The notes under the pieces were generated by a model. That model was not told where the DNA came from. It worked only from the letters and a program-made list of their open reading frames with translations, and searched no databases. Below are positions 9,619-20,599 of a stretch of DNA of 64,000 nucleotides, one piece after another. The position numbers and the translations under genes are program-made. The stretch lies in NCBI GenBank assembly GCA_963677485.1, contig OY781964.1, positions 2,080,001 to 2,144,000 on the forward strand. Reading direction: 5' to 3'. Each line of letters opens with the position of its first letter. The stretch's first letter is position 1. This DNA comes from Armatimonadota bacterium (GTDB taxonomy: Bacteria; Armatimonadota; HRBIN16).

Positions 9619-12243
9619 CTACCGCGCCTTGATCTGCATGATGCGGGTCTCAGAGAACCCCATCGGAAGGGACAGCTTCGGACCTTTGCCCATCCGCTTA
9701 CCGGTCAGCACATCCGTCACCACGGAGCTACTGCCGGTGTCAATCTGCACGGTGCCCGCCTTGGTGGAGTGTATCGCCAGGAATGGGCCGTTGGCATACA
9801 CCACGCAGTCTGTCTGAGTGAATAGATGCACACCCGCCTGTTTCGCAGCGGTGCGAAGCAGCTCAGGTGTCAACCGAGGCACCCCTACAAATAGCGACGT
9901 TCCGCCATTGTGCGGTCGCTGCACCACAGCAGCACTGCCATCGCTGTAGGTTGCCAAGACCTCTGCGGTCTTGGCGTCGGCCACTCTGAACAGCGGTCGT
10001 ACCGACTGTGTCACGCCAAACGGCTGGCCTAAGAATTTGCCTGATGCGGTCGGATTGGCCATGGCAGTCACGCCGCTGAGCTGCTGCAGGCTCATTCCGG
10101 TCAGCTCACGCATCGCGTTCAGTGAGCGGGTGCTGCCGTCAAGATACCCGGGTGCATAACACCAGATCACCACACTGCCCTTTGTGGCCTTTAGCAACGC
10201 AGCGCGCTTCGCGGCATCAAGCCGCCAGGCGTTCGCGAAGACATAAAGCTTCGCATGAACACGTCCTTTGATCACATCGTCAAGAAGATACTGCCCATAC
10301 GGAGCCCCCATGCGACCGAGCGCCCCGCGGGATTCATACAGCAGAGGTAGTGTGACGGCGTTGCTGCCATCGGCCAGCCAGGGTATGGTGTTCTCATCCA
10401 CCACCAGGGCGACATCGGGGTGGAAGGCTGTGGGCGTCTTCAGCATGGGCTCATCCAGTTTCGCCAGCCGTTTCATCTCAGCCCAATAGCCAGGGTGGTC
10501 AAACCAGCCGGAAGAACCCAGGTCCATCCACCAGGTGGCGAAGTTCCTCAGCGACTGCTGTGCCACATTTCTCCGCAGCAGATTGACTGTCTGCTCCACG
10601 GATGTGAGCACATGCTCTGCTCCCGGGAACTGCTCATCTTTGGTGATATTCGTGCGGGTGTCATCTTCCACCAGCCACATCTTGTTGGCCAGAGCCACGC
10701 TTTCACCGGCCGTCATGCAGGGGGCACTCTGGCCGCGGCCGCGGTCGAAATAGGAGATCGGTGAGCAGACGATGTCGATGTCGGGGCAATCCAGAACCCG
10801 CCGCAGTGCGTAGTGGCCGGATGAACCGGCACCGGTGCTGATCGCGCCGAACTCATGAATGTAGCCGTAGAACATCAGCACCAGCTTACGCCCACGTGAG
10901 GCCTGCCGCACCACTTTTGCGAATCCGCACACGCTGTCCGCCATCGAGTGCTGCTGGAACTCCACGAAGTCGATGATGTCGCGCTCAGTGGCAGCGTCGC
11001 GGAAGATACCGCCAGGCGATGCATGCCTTCTTGAGGCACTGGGCACTGCCGCGCTGCTGAAGTTTACCGAGCCGTTATGCCAGGCCGCTCGCAGCGCGTT
11101 CACGGTGACATACCGCTTCTTCAGCCAGTATCGGAAAGCTATTGTATCGCATGGGGCGTATCCGTTCAATGGACGGCTCCATGAATCGAAGTAGAACCAC
11201 TCACCGGTGTTCTGGCCGTTGGGGTGATACCCGGCGATGCGGTTGGGATATTTGGCTTCCAGATGGTTGATCAAGCGGCCGAGTCGTACCGAGGCCTCCT
11301 TCTGGAAGAGCACTGACGCTGCTGAGGCCAAAGTTTGATGCTCTCCGCCTTCCCAGCGCATCAGCTCATTGGGGTGCGCCTTTTTCCACCAGGCGGGTGG
11401 GTATATCGGGATGCGCGGGATGACTAGTGCGTGGGGATTGGCCTCAATCGCAGCCTCGATCACGGAATCCACGGTGCGCCAGTCCTCTTTTTCGCCAGGT
11501 CCCGGCCAGATGAGGGGGATTGAAGTGCTGACGAAGTCCACACCCGATGTGGCCGCCAGCTTCACCTGCGACTGGAAGTAACCGGGAGGCCCTCCAAGAT
11601 AGGCATAGAAGTCGCCCGGCCGGTAAAACGCCGTCGTGAGTTGGCGTTCAGGAGTGGCCTTGGCCCAGAAACTGACGCGGTATCTGTGACCCTGAACGAG
11701 CGACAGGTTTGGATTGTGGTAGACGTGAAAATCTGGCCAGGTTCCATCGGGAGGCGCGATGATCTTGACTTGAAGTCCGCCCGATCCATTCCGTCCAGCG
11801 GAAGGCAGCACCTTCACGGCGCCCGTGGTGTTCTGTGCTCCTTGCGGCCACATCGACCACTGGCTGGTAAAGTCGGCTTCACCGCCCTCGAATCTCTGCA
11901 CCGGCAATACATCCTTGCCTGTGTTCAAGTCCTCTATGCGCATGTCGTCCAGGATGATCTCCCCAGCCGATTGCCCAAACCGCAGATGCATCGTCGCCGC
12001 GTTTAGTGCTGACTGGGCCGGGCTGAAGACATACGACACCATCCCGCCATTAGATGACAGCGTGACTTTACCGGAACTGGGCTGGCCGTAGAACACGCGC
12101 GCCCGCACCGGTTTACTGTTCACCAGGATGCGTGGGGCACCCTTGTCAACCTTCACCCGCACAGTCAACGGAGCGGTCCATGCCATCGAGTTAATAGCCA
12201 GAGATAGTCCCAAGGTAGTCAGGATCAAGTTTCGTTTGAGCAC
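9619..12243 (-). CDS. Secreted GH42-like (beta-galactosidase-like) hydrolase with inserted CBM4/9-like domain
   Basis: Signal peptide. CBM-like LVQGHRYRVSFWAKA. Motifs GYHPNGQNTGEWFY, FRYWLKKRY, SPISY, EDDTRT and WWMDL. Confidence 0.75.
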   Translation of the reverse strand: MLKRNLILTTLGLSLAINSMAWTAPLTVRVKVDKGAPRILVNSKPVRARVFYGQPSSGKVTLSSNGGMVSYVFSPAQSALNAATMHLRFGQSAGEIILDDMRIEDLNTGKDVLPVQRFEGGEADFTSQWSMWPQGAQNTTGAVKVLPSAGRNGSGGLQVKIIAPPDGTWPDFHVYHNPNLSLVQGHRYRVSFWAKATPERQLTTAFYRPGDFYAYLGGPPGYFQSQVKLAATSGVDFVSTSIPLIWPGPGEKEDWRTVDSVIEAAIEANPHALVIPRIPIYPPAWWKKAHPNELMRWEGGEHQTLASAASVLFQKEASVRLGRLINHLEAKYPNRIAGYHPNGQNTGEWFYFDSWSRPLNGYAPCDTIAFRYWLKKRYVTVNALRAAWHNGSVNFSSAAVPSASRRHASPGGIFRDAATERDIIDFVEFQQHSMADSVCGFAKVVRQASRGRKLVLMFYGYIHEFGAISTGAGSSGHYALRRVLDCPDIDIVCSPISYFDRGRGQSAPCMTAGESVALANKMWLVEDDTRTNITKDEQFPGAEHVLTSVEQTVNLLRRNVAQQSLRNFATWWMDLGSSGWFDHPGYWAEMKRLAKLDEPMLKTPTAFHPDVALVVDENTIPWLADGSNAVTLPLLYESRGALGRMGAPYGQYLLDDVIKGRVHAKLYVFANAWRLDAAKRAALLKATKGSVVIWCYAPGYLDGSTRSLNAMRELTGMSLQQLSGVTAMANPTASGKFLGQPFGVTQSVRPLFRVADAKTAEVLATYSDGSAAVVQRPHNGGTSLFVGVPRLTPELLRTAAKQAGVHLFTQTDCVVYANGPFLAIHSTKAGTVQIDTGSSSVVTDVLTGKRMGKGPKLSLPMGFSETRIMQIKAR

Positions 12244-12335
12244 AGGGTCACCTCACGAGCCGTTATTAGCGTGCGGACACACCACGTCATATGGTCTATA
12301 TGTGAAGTATGCAAGATAGTTTGTGCGATGTCAAC

Positions 12336-12363
12336 GGGGGGGCATCATGACAGATGCCCCCCC
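12336..12363. terminator. GC-rich hairpin, probable terminator
   Basis: GGGGGGGCATC-ATGACA-GATGCCCCCCC immediately downstream of 12374. U-tract is weak. Confidence 0.5.
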
Positions 12364-12373
12364 ATCGCGACCT

Positions 12374-14611
12374 CTATTTCGTGCCTTTACCGACCGCTAT
12401 CTTGATGACGGCGGGCGACCGCGCCGGAACGGTGATGCTCAGCCTGCTGGTGAGTTTCGATGTCACTGCAGCGCTCCATATCCCATTCACCCAATCGGTG
12501 CGGGTGACATCGGCCCCGGTCTTGATACCCCAGTCCTTTTGGTTCCAGGGGATGGAGATGGTTTGATCGGTATCGGTGTGGTTCGCCAGCACAATCCCGA
12601 TTTCGCATTTTGCCGACCGGTAGCATTCGGCAAGCACCACCGGCAGATCATAGTCGATCGTGTCTGGGCCAGGCCAGATCACCCATCGTCGCTTGATCTT
12701 CGGCAGCATGCTCAAATCGGGGGTGCGCAGCATCTCGCCAGAACACAGGAAGCCCAGGTTGGCCTTTCGGGCCGCGCTGTAACTCTTGACTAATCCAAGC
12801 TGCTGTGCCATCTCGGGGCGGTTCAAGTGGAAGTAGTCCGTGTTGAACCAGCCCAACTGGCGCCCGCGCACGAGGTTGAAGGCGAGTTTAGAGTTGAATG
12901 TGTCGATATTCGTATCATTACCGGAGTGAACATACACACCGATCTCGGTGGTGCGCCCAGCGTGGACCGACTGGAATATGGGCAGCGAATCAGGTTTCAT
13001 ATCCGCATGTGCATTCAATTGGCCGGTGCATTTGCCGATGTAAACCTCCTGCAGACCTTCGCCGGTGGTGACCATGTCCTTCTTCATCTTCAGAGTTTGG
13101 TCAAGGATGTTTGCCACACCATCATGGTCATAGGTGCCGCCCTGCCACAGATGCTTGTGGTTCGTGGCGTAGCAGATGGCCGGGTAGAAGTTCACCTGGT
13201 CCCAGTAGATGGCGTCCACGTTGTAGTCTGTCACCACCTGCTTCGCAATCCCCAGCATCTTCTTCTGCCAGTAGTCATTGCACACGCACATCGGTGCCAT
13301 CGGGCTGGCTGCTCCACCGGCTCCATACTCCATATAGGGCTTACCGGCGGGGTTCAGCCGGGCACTCTCACTCGCCTTTTCCTCTGTCCATATCGGCAGT
13401 GTGGTGTCGCATAGTTGGATGTTGATATACGGCATCACGTAAACGCCCGCCTTCTGCACTTTTTGCACCGCCTCTTTGAACCCAGGGCGGGCTGGCAGAT
13501 AATCGGGATACCTGTAGTCATGCTGGTTGTATTTCTGCCAGATATACCAGTGGATGCCGATGGGTTCGCCCAGCTTCTGCCGTAAGTCCACCAGATCATC
13601 CGCGAACTCATCGAACTTCGCTTCACTATCCGACCATGTCGCACCGATGATCCACACCGACAGGTTCTTGAACCAACTGGGGATATCTTTGCGAACTGCC
13701 AGCGACTTCATCTGGGGCAGCGTGGATGTCCATGCCCGATAGCGCTTGGCGGCGTCATACCAGTCGCCTTGTATCGGTCCGCATACCACCGGGTAAGGCA
13801 GCGTCCAGGTGGTGTTTTTCGCAGACTTCTCGGCATAGTGTGTCACCGACATGAAGAATGAATCTTTCGATGGCGATGACCAGCAGGTGAATGCTTTGTG
13901 GTAGTATTTCGGATCATGTGCGGCGAAATACAGCGTGCCACCTTGACCGTCGCAGTAACTCAGCAACTGAACCGACATGCCGGAGGATGGCACCTCGGTA
14001 TACCCAGGGCCTGCGATGCCGTGAGTCCGAGGCGACACGTATTTCACACCGGAGTAGGCAGGCACGGCCAGGTAGTCAGTCTTCTCTGAGCCGGCCCGGT
14101 CGGAGGCCAGCCCGCTGAGGTATGGGAACTGCGTCTCCATTAATGCGGTGGAGGATTTGTTCTCAATCGACAGTCCCCATGTGAACAGGCTGGTGGTGGG
14201 ATCCAGCGTCACCGTCACGACCGCACTCAGGGTTCCACCGCCCTGCACGGGTGCATCATGAAAATGCAGCTCCCAGCCAGGAGCTTTCGTGGAGATGATC
14301 TTTTTGTAGGAATATCTTGAGAAGCTCTTGCCCGAGAGCTCCGAGACAACTTGTGGGTCATTGCCCATCTTAATCCGGAGCAGATCACCGCCGGGCTCTT
14401 TGACATAGCTGGTCTTCGCCACACGCTCCGTGATTTGCTGCAGAGTGAAGTTCGCTTTGTTGATGCTCAACTGCACGTGTTGGTTCCGGAGGATGAGCTC
14501 ATTGCCCTCCACGACGGCTTCCACTTTATCCGAGGCCATCGCCAACGATGCTGCCAGCATAAGTATGATCACGAATATGTGGTGCAGGTTGATGTTCACT
14601 ATTGACCCCAC
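12374..14611 (-). CDS. DUF6259-like putative glycoside hydrolase, secreted
   Basis: Signal peptide. IHWYIW...DYRYPDYLPARPGF, VMPYIN, PMCV and AIYWDQ motifs of a TIM-barrel GH-like family. Confidence 0.65.
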   Translation of the reverse strand: MGSIVNINLHHIFVIILMLAASLAMASDKVEAVVEGNELILRNQHVQLSINKANFTLQQITERVAKTSYVKEPGGDLLRIKMGNDPQVVSELSGKSFSRYSYKKIISTKAPGWELHFHDAPVQGGGTLSAVVTVTLDPTTSLFTWGLSIENKSSTALMETQFPYLSGLASDRAGSEKTDYLAVPAYSGVKYVSPRTHGIAGPGYTEVPSSGMSVQLLSYCDGQGGTLYFAAHDPKYYHKAFTCWSSPSKDSFFMSVTHYAEKSAKNTTWTLPYPVVCGPIQGDWYDAAKRYRAWTSTLPQMKSLAVRKDIPSWFKNLSVWIIGATWSDSEAKFDEFADDLVDLRQKLGEPIGIHWYIWQKYNQHDYRYPDYLPARPGFKEAVQKVQKAGVYVMPYINIQLCDTTLPIWTEEKASESARLNPAGKPYMEYGAGGAASPMAPMCVCNDYWQKKMLGIAKQVVTDYNVDAIYWDQVNFYPAICYATNHKHLWQGGTYDHDGVANILDQTLKMKKDMVTTGEGLQEVYIGKCTGQLNAHADMKPDSLPIFQSVHAGRTTEIGVYVHSGNDTNIDTFNSKLAFNLVRGRQLGWFNTDYFHLNRPEMAQQLGLVKSYSAARKANLGFLCSGEMLRTPDLSMLPKIKRRWVIWPGPDTIDYDLPVVLAECYRSAKCEIGIVLANHTDTDQTISIPWNQKDWGIKTGADVTRTDWVNGIWSAAVTSKLTSRLSITVPARSPAVIKIAVGKGTK

Positions 14612-14674
14612 TCCTTCGATTTACGTACAAGCATACTCCCGTGCATGCACGGCAGCCTGTGCTGTAACTGATAC

Positions 14675-14757
14675 GGTCGTAGGGGCCACCCTTGTGGTGG
14701 CCCTAAAACAGGTAGCACTGATCCTGAGGGCCGGCACAAGGCACGGCCCCTACGACC
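14675..14757. repeat. GTAG-type REP doublet
   Basis: GGTCGTAGGGGCCACCCTTGTGGTGGCCC ... GGGCCGGCACAAGGCACGGCCCCTACGACC. Confidence 0.8.
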
Positions 14758-14777
14758 AGATACCCGCAAGCCCACCC

Positions 14778-16529
14778 TCATGGCAGCGGCTTAAATGCTG
14801 CGGCTGCGCTGAGGCGTGTCACATCGATACAGATCAGCGGCTTTTTGTTGGTGTACCGTCCAGGTTTGCTGATGGTGTTGCCTGAGATGCTCACCCCGTC
14901 GACATCCTGAAGGAAGATGACCGCACTATTATCCACCGGACGCGGTGCGCCGTTGGGTGCTTTCAGCAAATGTGACTGAAGGAAGCGGTTGCCTTTGATG
15001 GTCACCGCTTTGGCGTTATGTATCTGCATGTCCACGCCCCAGGCCTTGCTGATCTGGTTGTTCTCAATGCGGATATCCGTATAGCAACCGTCGTTGTGAC
15101 CGCCAAAACCTTTGGCTCCGGCCTCCCAGCTCCCCACGCAGATAGCACCCAGCCAGGCGTCATTTCCTGGCCGTAATTGGCACGTCTCCGAAATCTGGTT
15201 GCCGCGGATCAGCACATTTTCCTGTGGCCCCGAATAGCCGTGGCTGCGGAAATCCGTGAACATGTGGATGCCAGGAAGGTAAGTGTGGTTGATCGTGTTA
15301 TTCTCCACCACGCCGTCGGAGCTGTTGATCACGATCCCGCGCGAGCCGCCGTTGTAGATACGGTTGCCGCGGATCACAAAACTCGGCCCGAGCTGCTTGA
15401 CCATATCGCCCTCTCTAGCCTGGATGGGTTTATCCAGAGTCAAGTCGAAAGCAGACGCCAGCATCACGTTGCCGTAGGGCTCTTTCACCGCGCGGTTACG
15501 CGCCGCCTCGATGTCGGCCTTCGGCATGGTGGTGGCAACACACGAAACCACGGCCGCATCTTGGACACCACCATCAGTGCCGGTTACAAATCGCAAGCGC
15601 GAACCGGATGCCAACGGCGGGTGCCCCTGCGTTATGAAACTCACGCTGATCTGGTTGCCTGTGCCGGGCCGTAACACGATCCCCTCCTGGGCGTAGACCG
15701 CGATCCCATCATCGCCGGTGCACCTCAGTTCACAGTTCTCAATGGTGAGCTTACCAAGGGTGCCGTCGAAGTTGATGCCGTCGCCGATGGTGGAGCAGAG
15801 CCGCGGTTCGGTTGCGCCAGCCGGAGGTGGGCCGGGCACCACCCGCACTCCTCGGAAGGTAAGGTCGGTGTTGTGCATGGAGGCGATGCTAAAGTGGGTG
15901 GGCGCCGCGTGCAGTGTCACGTCGATGAGTGAGAAGTTGGTGCAGCTGATGATATTGATGCCGGTTGCTCTCTCAAACTTCTGCGGGATGCGGATGTAAT
16001 CACCCAGAGCAGCCTGATCTTTGAACTGCGTGGTGCCGTGGTCCAGCCGGTAGACGCCATCACCTCTTTCGATGATGTTATCGACGAAGCGGTTCACCGC
16101 GCCGGGTTTCAACAACCTTGTGTGTTTGTCATATGTCCACAGGAAGGCCTGTCGCTCCGAGTTCTTTGAGGAATCATATCTGGAGGGGACGGAGTAGCCT
16201 TTATGAATACGCACGTCGGTCCAGGTTCGATCCGGGGCGAAGCCCACAATGGTGCCTTGGGTGAAGGGCAGTGGGTCATAATCGATGACTAATCCCCGAA
16301 GGGTGACATTAGTGCAGGCCAGGATATCCAGTGCCGTGCTGTTGTTCGTGCAAAGCAGCGTCACCCCGCGGGCGTCGATCTCCATGTCCTTAAGCTGGAA
16401 CAGGGTGACGTGCGGCTGCGAGGGGGTTTTGGGCTTTAGCCTGTATACACCGGGCTTGATCTTGACCGTGTGCTGGCCTGCCTTCACGGCCTCTATGATC
16501 TGCTGGATGAAGTTTTCGGTGATCTCCAT
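14778..16529 (-). CDS. Right-handed parallel beta-helix protein (GH110/polysaccharide lyase-like)
   Basis: IDYDPLPFTQGTI, DGINF, GDDGIAV, and repeated IRGNRI/VENNTI/IENNQI coils. Confidence 0.8.
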   Translation of the reverse strand: MEITENFIQQIIEAVKAGQHTVKIKPGVYRLKPKTPSQPHVTLFQLKDMEIDARGVTLLCTNNSTALDILACTNVTLRGLVIDYDPLPFTQGTIVGFAPDRTWTDVRIHKGYSVPSRYDSSKNSERQAFLWTYDKHTRLLKPGAVNRFVDNIIERGDGVYRLDHGTTQFKDQAALGDYIRIPQKFERATGINIISCTNFSLIDVTLHAAPTHFSIASMHNTDLTFRGVRVVPGPPPAGATEPRLCSTIGDGINFDGTLGKLTIENCELRCTGDDGIAVYAQEGIVLRPGTGNQISVSFITQGHPPLASGSRLRFVTGTDGGVQDAAVVSCVATTMPKADIEAARNRAVKEPYGNVMLASAFDLTLDKPIQAREGDMVKQLGPSFVIRGNRIYNGGSRGIVINSSDGVVENNTINHTYLPGIHMFTDFRSHGYSGPQENVLIRGNQISETCQLRPGNDAWLGAICVGSWEAGAKGFGGHNDGCYTDIRIENNQISKAWGVDMQIHNAKAVTIKGNRFLQSHLLKAPNGAPRPVDNSAVIFLQDVDGVSISGNTISKPGRYTNKKPLICIDVTRLSAAAAFKPLP

Positions 16530-16621
16530 GGTTTGTATTCCTTCGAATTTGGGGTTTTGCTACCAATATGACGGGTATGATGAGTAGGACGATTATGACC
16601 TAACCCGGGCTGGATGCGTCC

Positions 16622-18364
16622 CTAATGCGGGTAATTGCTCTCATCAAATGGCACGACTTCCGACTGCATGTCGTAGCCGCTCTCTCGCATGATCTCGCCG
16701 AACAGCTTCGCGTGGTCACGCAAAAGCGACTCATCGGCACCAGGCTGCCACTGCCACTCCTTATTCATGAGCGAATATCCCGGTTTGGTGTCGACCATTA
16801 TCCGGCCCCAGAGCACTTCAAGATAGGCTCTGCGCACATGCTTCAGATAGATGGGGTTGTCGCCTGTGGCCGATAGGGCCTTCTGGAACAGCTCATCGCA
16901 GTGCTGCATCGCCTCTTTGGTCACCCACTTCCGCCAGGCCCCGGCGTCACCCCAGCCACCCTCCATGGGCATCTTCCGCTGCTTGATGTAGCTGGAGTAC
17001 CACTCCAGGTATTCCACGATATATTTCCCACCCGGGCCGTAGAACCCTTTGCAGAACTGCCTGATTTCGCTCTTCACGTCCCTTGACGGATCCCAGGCCA
17101 TCCGGGCGGAGAGATACGCCTTCAAGTCCACCAGACCAGAGCCCTTGCCGAGAGCCGTGCCTTGGATGTAGAACGCCTTCACACCGCATTTTTCAGCCCA
17201 TCGATACTGCATGCCCACTTCCCAGGCGTTGGGATAAGGCCACCAATAACCGTAGTTGGAGCCACCGTAGGTGTAGACTGAGATGTTCTTCGCCACTTTT
17301 GACCATGAGTTCACCAGATCGAAATGCGCCTTATCACCCTCCACGAAGTTGCCGCAGATCTCCACACACACGCAGTCTGAGGCCTTCATATTCTCAGGGG
17401 CGGTCTGGGTGTAGGTGTAGGCCAGCGTTTTGATGCGGACGTCAGGGTAGTCCTTCCGCACGGCATCGGCAATTTCGGAGGTGAATTTGATTGTGTTGGC
17501 CGACCAGCGGTCTTGCCCGCCATGGGCCAGCCGCTCTTTTGTGCAGCGATCGCAGAAGCATCCCGACAGGCCGCCGTCATTTTGGCTGAGCCAGTAGTTG
17601 TCGACCTTGCCGTGGCGGGCGATGAGGTCGTTGCCGACCTGCTTAATGACAAACTTACGCAGCTCAGGATTCGTGAGGCAGAGCTCGGACCGGCTTCTAT
17701 TGCCGTCTTCTTTCAATGCGAACAAATCCGGGTGTTCGTCGTAGTGCTTCTCCGGGGGCACGATGATGAAGTAGGAGTGGCAGCCATACAGTGTCACCGC
17801 AGAGCCGCCCATTTCATCCGGCAGCCGAGGCACCTGGCCGTTGTTGCCGTTGATGCGCATCCGTGCTTTCCATTCCGGAGTGGGAGCGTTGTTCCACCAC
17901 TGGTCGCGGTACCAGAATTTAGGCTGGACATCGACCTTCTTCATGGGCATCTTTACCGTAGATAACTGCGGTATGTAGGTGTAATCCGGCGAATACCATC
18001 GGATGCCCAGTGACTCTAGGAAGTGGCTGACCGCATACATCACACCGCGTGTCCGGCTGCCGATGATGAACATGTGGCCGTCTTTGGTGAAGATGCTGTA
18101 GCCCTCTGCACCAAACGCCTTCATCCGTGCCTCGCTGACCAGTCTTTGGCTGGCGATGGTTCGTCCGATGCTGATGTATGCCCCTCGCTTTTTGAAGTAG
18201 GAGCGTTCCGGCGAGATCTGCAGATGCACACCGGTCAGCAGCTTGAGGTGCGACTGCAGCTCCTGAGCCGCGTACTTCTCACAGGCTGTGGCGTTGTTGG
18301 GTATCATCAGCAGGCATTCGGCCTTACCGGACCTTGTGATATATGATGTTTCAAGCATTTCCAT
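16622..18364 (-). CDS. DUF4838 domain protein (putative carbohydrate-active enzyme)
   Basis: N-terminal AAQELQSHL...EGYSI...RGVMYAVSHFLESLGIRW domain. HPDLFAL, ELCLTNP, SQND, CFCDRC, LAYTYT and WDP motifs. Confidence 0.8.
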   Translation of the reverse strand: MEMLETSYITRSGKAECLLMIPNNATACEKYAAQELQSHLKLLTGVHLQISPERSYFKKRGAYISIGRTIASQRLVSEARMKAFGAEGYSIFTKDGHMFIIGSRTRGVMYAVSHFLESLGIRWYSPDYTYIPQLSTVKMPMKKVDVQPKFWYRDQWWNNAPTPEWKARMRINGNNGQVPRLPDEMGGSAVTLYGCHSYFIIVPPEKHYDEHPDLFALKEDGNRSRSELCLTNPELRKFVIKQVGNDLIARHGKVDNYWLSQNDGGLSGCFCDRCTKERLAHGGQDRWSANTIKFTSEIADAVRKDYPDVRIKTLAYTYTQTAPENMKASDCVCVEICGNFVEGDKAHFDLVNSWSKVAKNISVYTYGGSNYGYWWPYPNAWEVGMQYRWAEKCGVKAFYIQGTALGKGSGLVDLKAYLSARMAWDPSRDVKSEIRQFCKGFYGPGGKYIVEYLEWYSSYIKQRKMPMEGGWGDAGAWRKWVTKEAMQHCDELFQKALSATGDNPIYLKHVRRAYLEVLWGRIMVDTKPGYSLMNKEWQWQPGADESLLRDHAKLFGEIMRESGYDMQSEVVPFDESNYPH

Positions 18365-18367
18365 GAG

Positions 18368-20572
18368 CTATTTCAGCTTCACATCCACCGTCTGGCAGAC
18401 TTCAGGAACGGCGACCTCGGCGGTGCGGCGGCCGTCAGCCCAAATGAGGCTGCTCTGACCAAACGCCCGGAAGGCCTTCATGCTGCGCGGCGAGGAGCCC
18501 GTCCAGCGGAAAGCCGCCAGCGAGGGAACCTGCAGCATCTTGCCGTTCACCTGCGAGGCATGATACGCCAGCAGTCCCGGTCCTGTGATCCAGAACCCGT
18601 TGGGCGGCAGCATCACGCCGGGCAGCGGACTCCAGGGGGTCACACCGGTGTTGATGTAGACCTCTGTCAGACCGCCTTTGGATTTGAACTGCGAGTGCTC
18701 GCGGTAGAGGTCGCCACCGGCGAACTCATGCATGATCATGGGCGAGTGGAACACATTATCCGCCAGCCAGGTGCTGACACGTGACACGGTGGCCAGGAAC
18801 TGCAGGCCGGTGAGCTCACTCCAGCCGGGTTGCGGCTTGTTTTTCGGGTCATGCAGCATGGGATTGACGACCGACAGCGTCAAGTCATCGCTGAAGAAGG
18901 CGGGAGGACAGGTGCCGGCACGCCAGGTCTTGAGCAGCACCCGCAGGTATCGCAGGAAGGGCTGATCGGTCTCCATGGGTGTGTTGACGTGCGTGCTGTT
19001 GTCGCGGAATCCGATCTGCGATTCGTGATAGACCAGCTCCCACATCGGCACGATCTCGCCATGGATGGCATCAGTGCTCCATCCGCCGTCGCCTCGGTGG
19101 ATGTAACCTTCCTCTGCCATGAACCCGCTGTCGTTGGAGGGCATCGACCAGTCTACGATGGACTCGCCAATGGTGAACTCGGCGAAGGCCTCACGGGTGA
19201 CCTGGAACGCCTCGTTTCGGTCCTTCAGATCCTGCTCCATGCTGGTCGGTGGATTGACATTATAGTCCTCCAGGGGCTGTGCGGAGGTGGTGACATCATA
19301 CAGATAGCCGTTCAGGGCGGGATAACGCCGTTTAACTTCCGCCACATTGCGTTTGGCGAAATGCACCTGCCCCGCCCCGCTGGTCATATAGTTCTGGGTC
19401 TCTCGATAAATCCCACCGTTGATGATACTGCCATCGCCATATCGATAGAGGTATTTCTCATTGAAGCTGGGGGCTTTTGTCGACAGGATTCCAAGGTCAT
19501 CATGCGGGGTGCAGATATATCCCAGCTCCGCGATGGCTTCAGTCAGCCGGCGCATGCCTTCATCGCCGCCGCAGGCCGGGTTCGCGGGCAGGATATCTGG
19601 GTACTGAGCGTCATAGCCTTTACGGTTCCAGCCGCCGATGTGCAGAATGGCCCGCTCGATACCCGCTCGCTTCAATGCCTTTAAGCGTGGAATGAGTGCA
19701 TCAAAAGTGAGGGGCACGCCGCCGTAATCACACGGGATATGGCTGAAGAACATGGCCCCGCCGATCAGCTCTTCGCTGCAGGGGCGAGTTCTTGTGGCGA
19801 AGGTGCGCCAGGAGGGCTGGGTCATCACCCACTTCTTGTAGCACTGAGCGATCTGCACATAGTTGCCGGACATGAACTCAAACTCAATGCTCTGAACACG
19901 CGTGTTCGCATGTTTTTCGGGGTAGGATGGGTTGCCTAGATACATGAAGTCCAGAATGCCATTTTGCCTTCGGATATCCACATGACGGTGCAGCGAGTCG
20001 TTCACGATGGCGATATAGGATTGGTCGCCCTGAGCCGTGTGTTGGGTGGCGCCGATATACCGCATACACCAGGGCCGCAACCAGAGTGTGCGGCGCACGT
20101 AGATGTCTTCGCCCTCTGGCGACACCAGCAGGCCCAGCCATTGCGGCAGCACCAGCCTGTCCGAGGGGTTGCTGACGCCGGGCGATGCAGGGAAGAAAAC
20201 CTCGTCGAGTTTGGTCACACCCTTGCCGGCGAACTCCGCGCTGCAGCGCAGCTTATTCTCGGCGGTGATTTTGTAGGTGAGTGTGACGCTCAGCTCGTAT
20301 TCTGGCAGGTTAACGGTGCCCACGATGGAGCGTCCACGAACCGTCTTCCATAATATGCTGTGAGGCGAGCTACCGCCCAGGTCCAGATTGGTTCTGGCAG
20401 CCGATGCGGAGGGCGTGTTGAGGTATATGGTGGCAAAGCCGCCGTTGATGCTCCGCATCTTCCAGCTGGTCTCTTTGTATTTGATGGCCACCTCGCCGGT
20501 GGCTGGGTTCAGTTCGACGCGGGTGTTAGCATATGATAGCTGTAGCAATTGTGTCACCTCGATGGGGTCCAT
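18368..20572 (-). CDS. GH129/DUF5696-like glycoside hydrolase (GH101/GH129 group, putative alpha-N-acetylgalactosaminidase-like)
   Basis: GGWNRKGYDAQYPDILPANPACGG, PHDD, GYLYDV and VPMWELVYHE motifs. Confidence 0.65.
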   Translation of the reverse strand: MDPIEVTQLLQLSYANTRVELNPATGEVAIKYKETSWKMRSINGGFATIYLNTPSASAARTNLDLGGSSPHSILWKTVRGRSIVGTVNLPEYELSVTLTYKITAENKLRCSAEFAGKGVTKLDEVFFPASPGVSNPSDRLVLPQWLGLLVSPEGEDIYVRRTLWLRPWCMRYIGATQHTAQGDQSYIAIVNDSLHRHVDIRRQNGILDFMYLGNPSYPEKHANTRVQSIEFEFMSGNYVQIAQCYKKWVMTQPSWRTFATRTRPCSEELIGGAMFFSHIPCDYGGVPLTFDALIPRLKALKRAGIERAILHIGGWNRKGYDAQYPDILPANPACGGDEGMRRLTEAIAELGYICTPHDDLGILSTKAPSFNEKYLYRYGDGSIINGGIYRETQNYMTSGAGQVHFAKRNVAEVKRRYPALNGYLYDVTTSAQPLEDYNVNPPTSMEQDLKDRNEAFQVTREAFAEFTIGESIVDWSMPSNDSGFMAEEGYIHRGDGGWSTDAIHGEIVPMWELVYHESQIGFRDNSTHVNTPMETDQPFLRYLRVLLKTWRAGTCPPAFFSDDLTLSVVNPMLHDPKNKPQPGWSELTGLQFLATVSRVSTWLADNVFHSPMIMHEFAGGDLYREHSQFKSKGGLTEVYINTGVTPWSPLPGVMLPPNGFWITGPGLLAYHASQVNGKMLQVPSLAAFRWTGSSPRSMKAFRAFGQSSLIWADGRRTAEVAVPEVCQTVDVKLK

Positions 20573-20599
20573 CTGTTACATTGGTCTCGTCAGACCGAT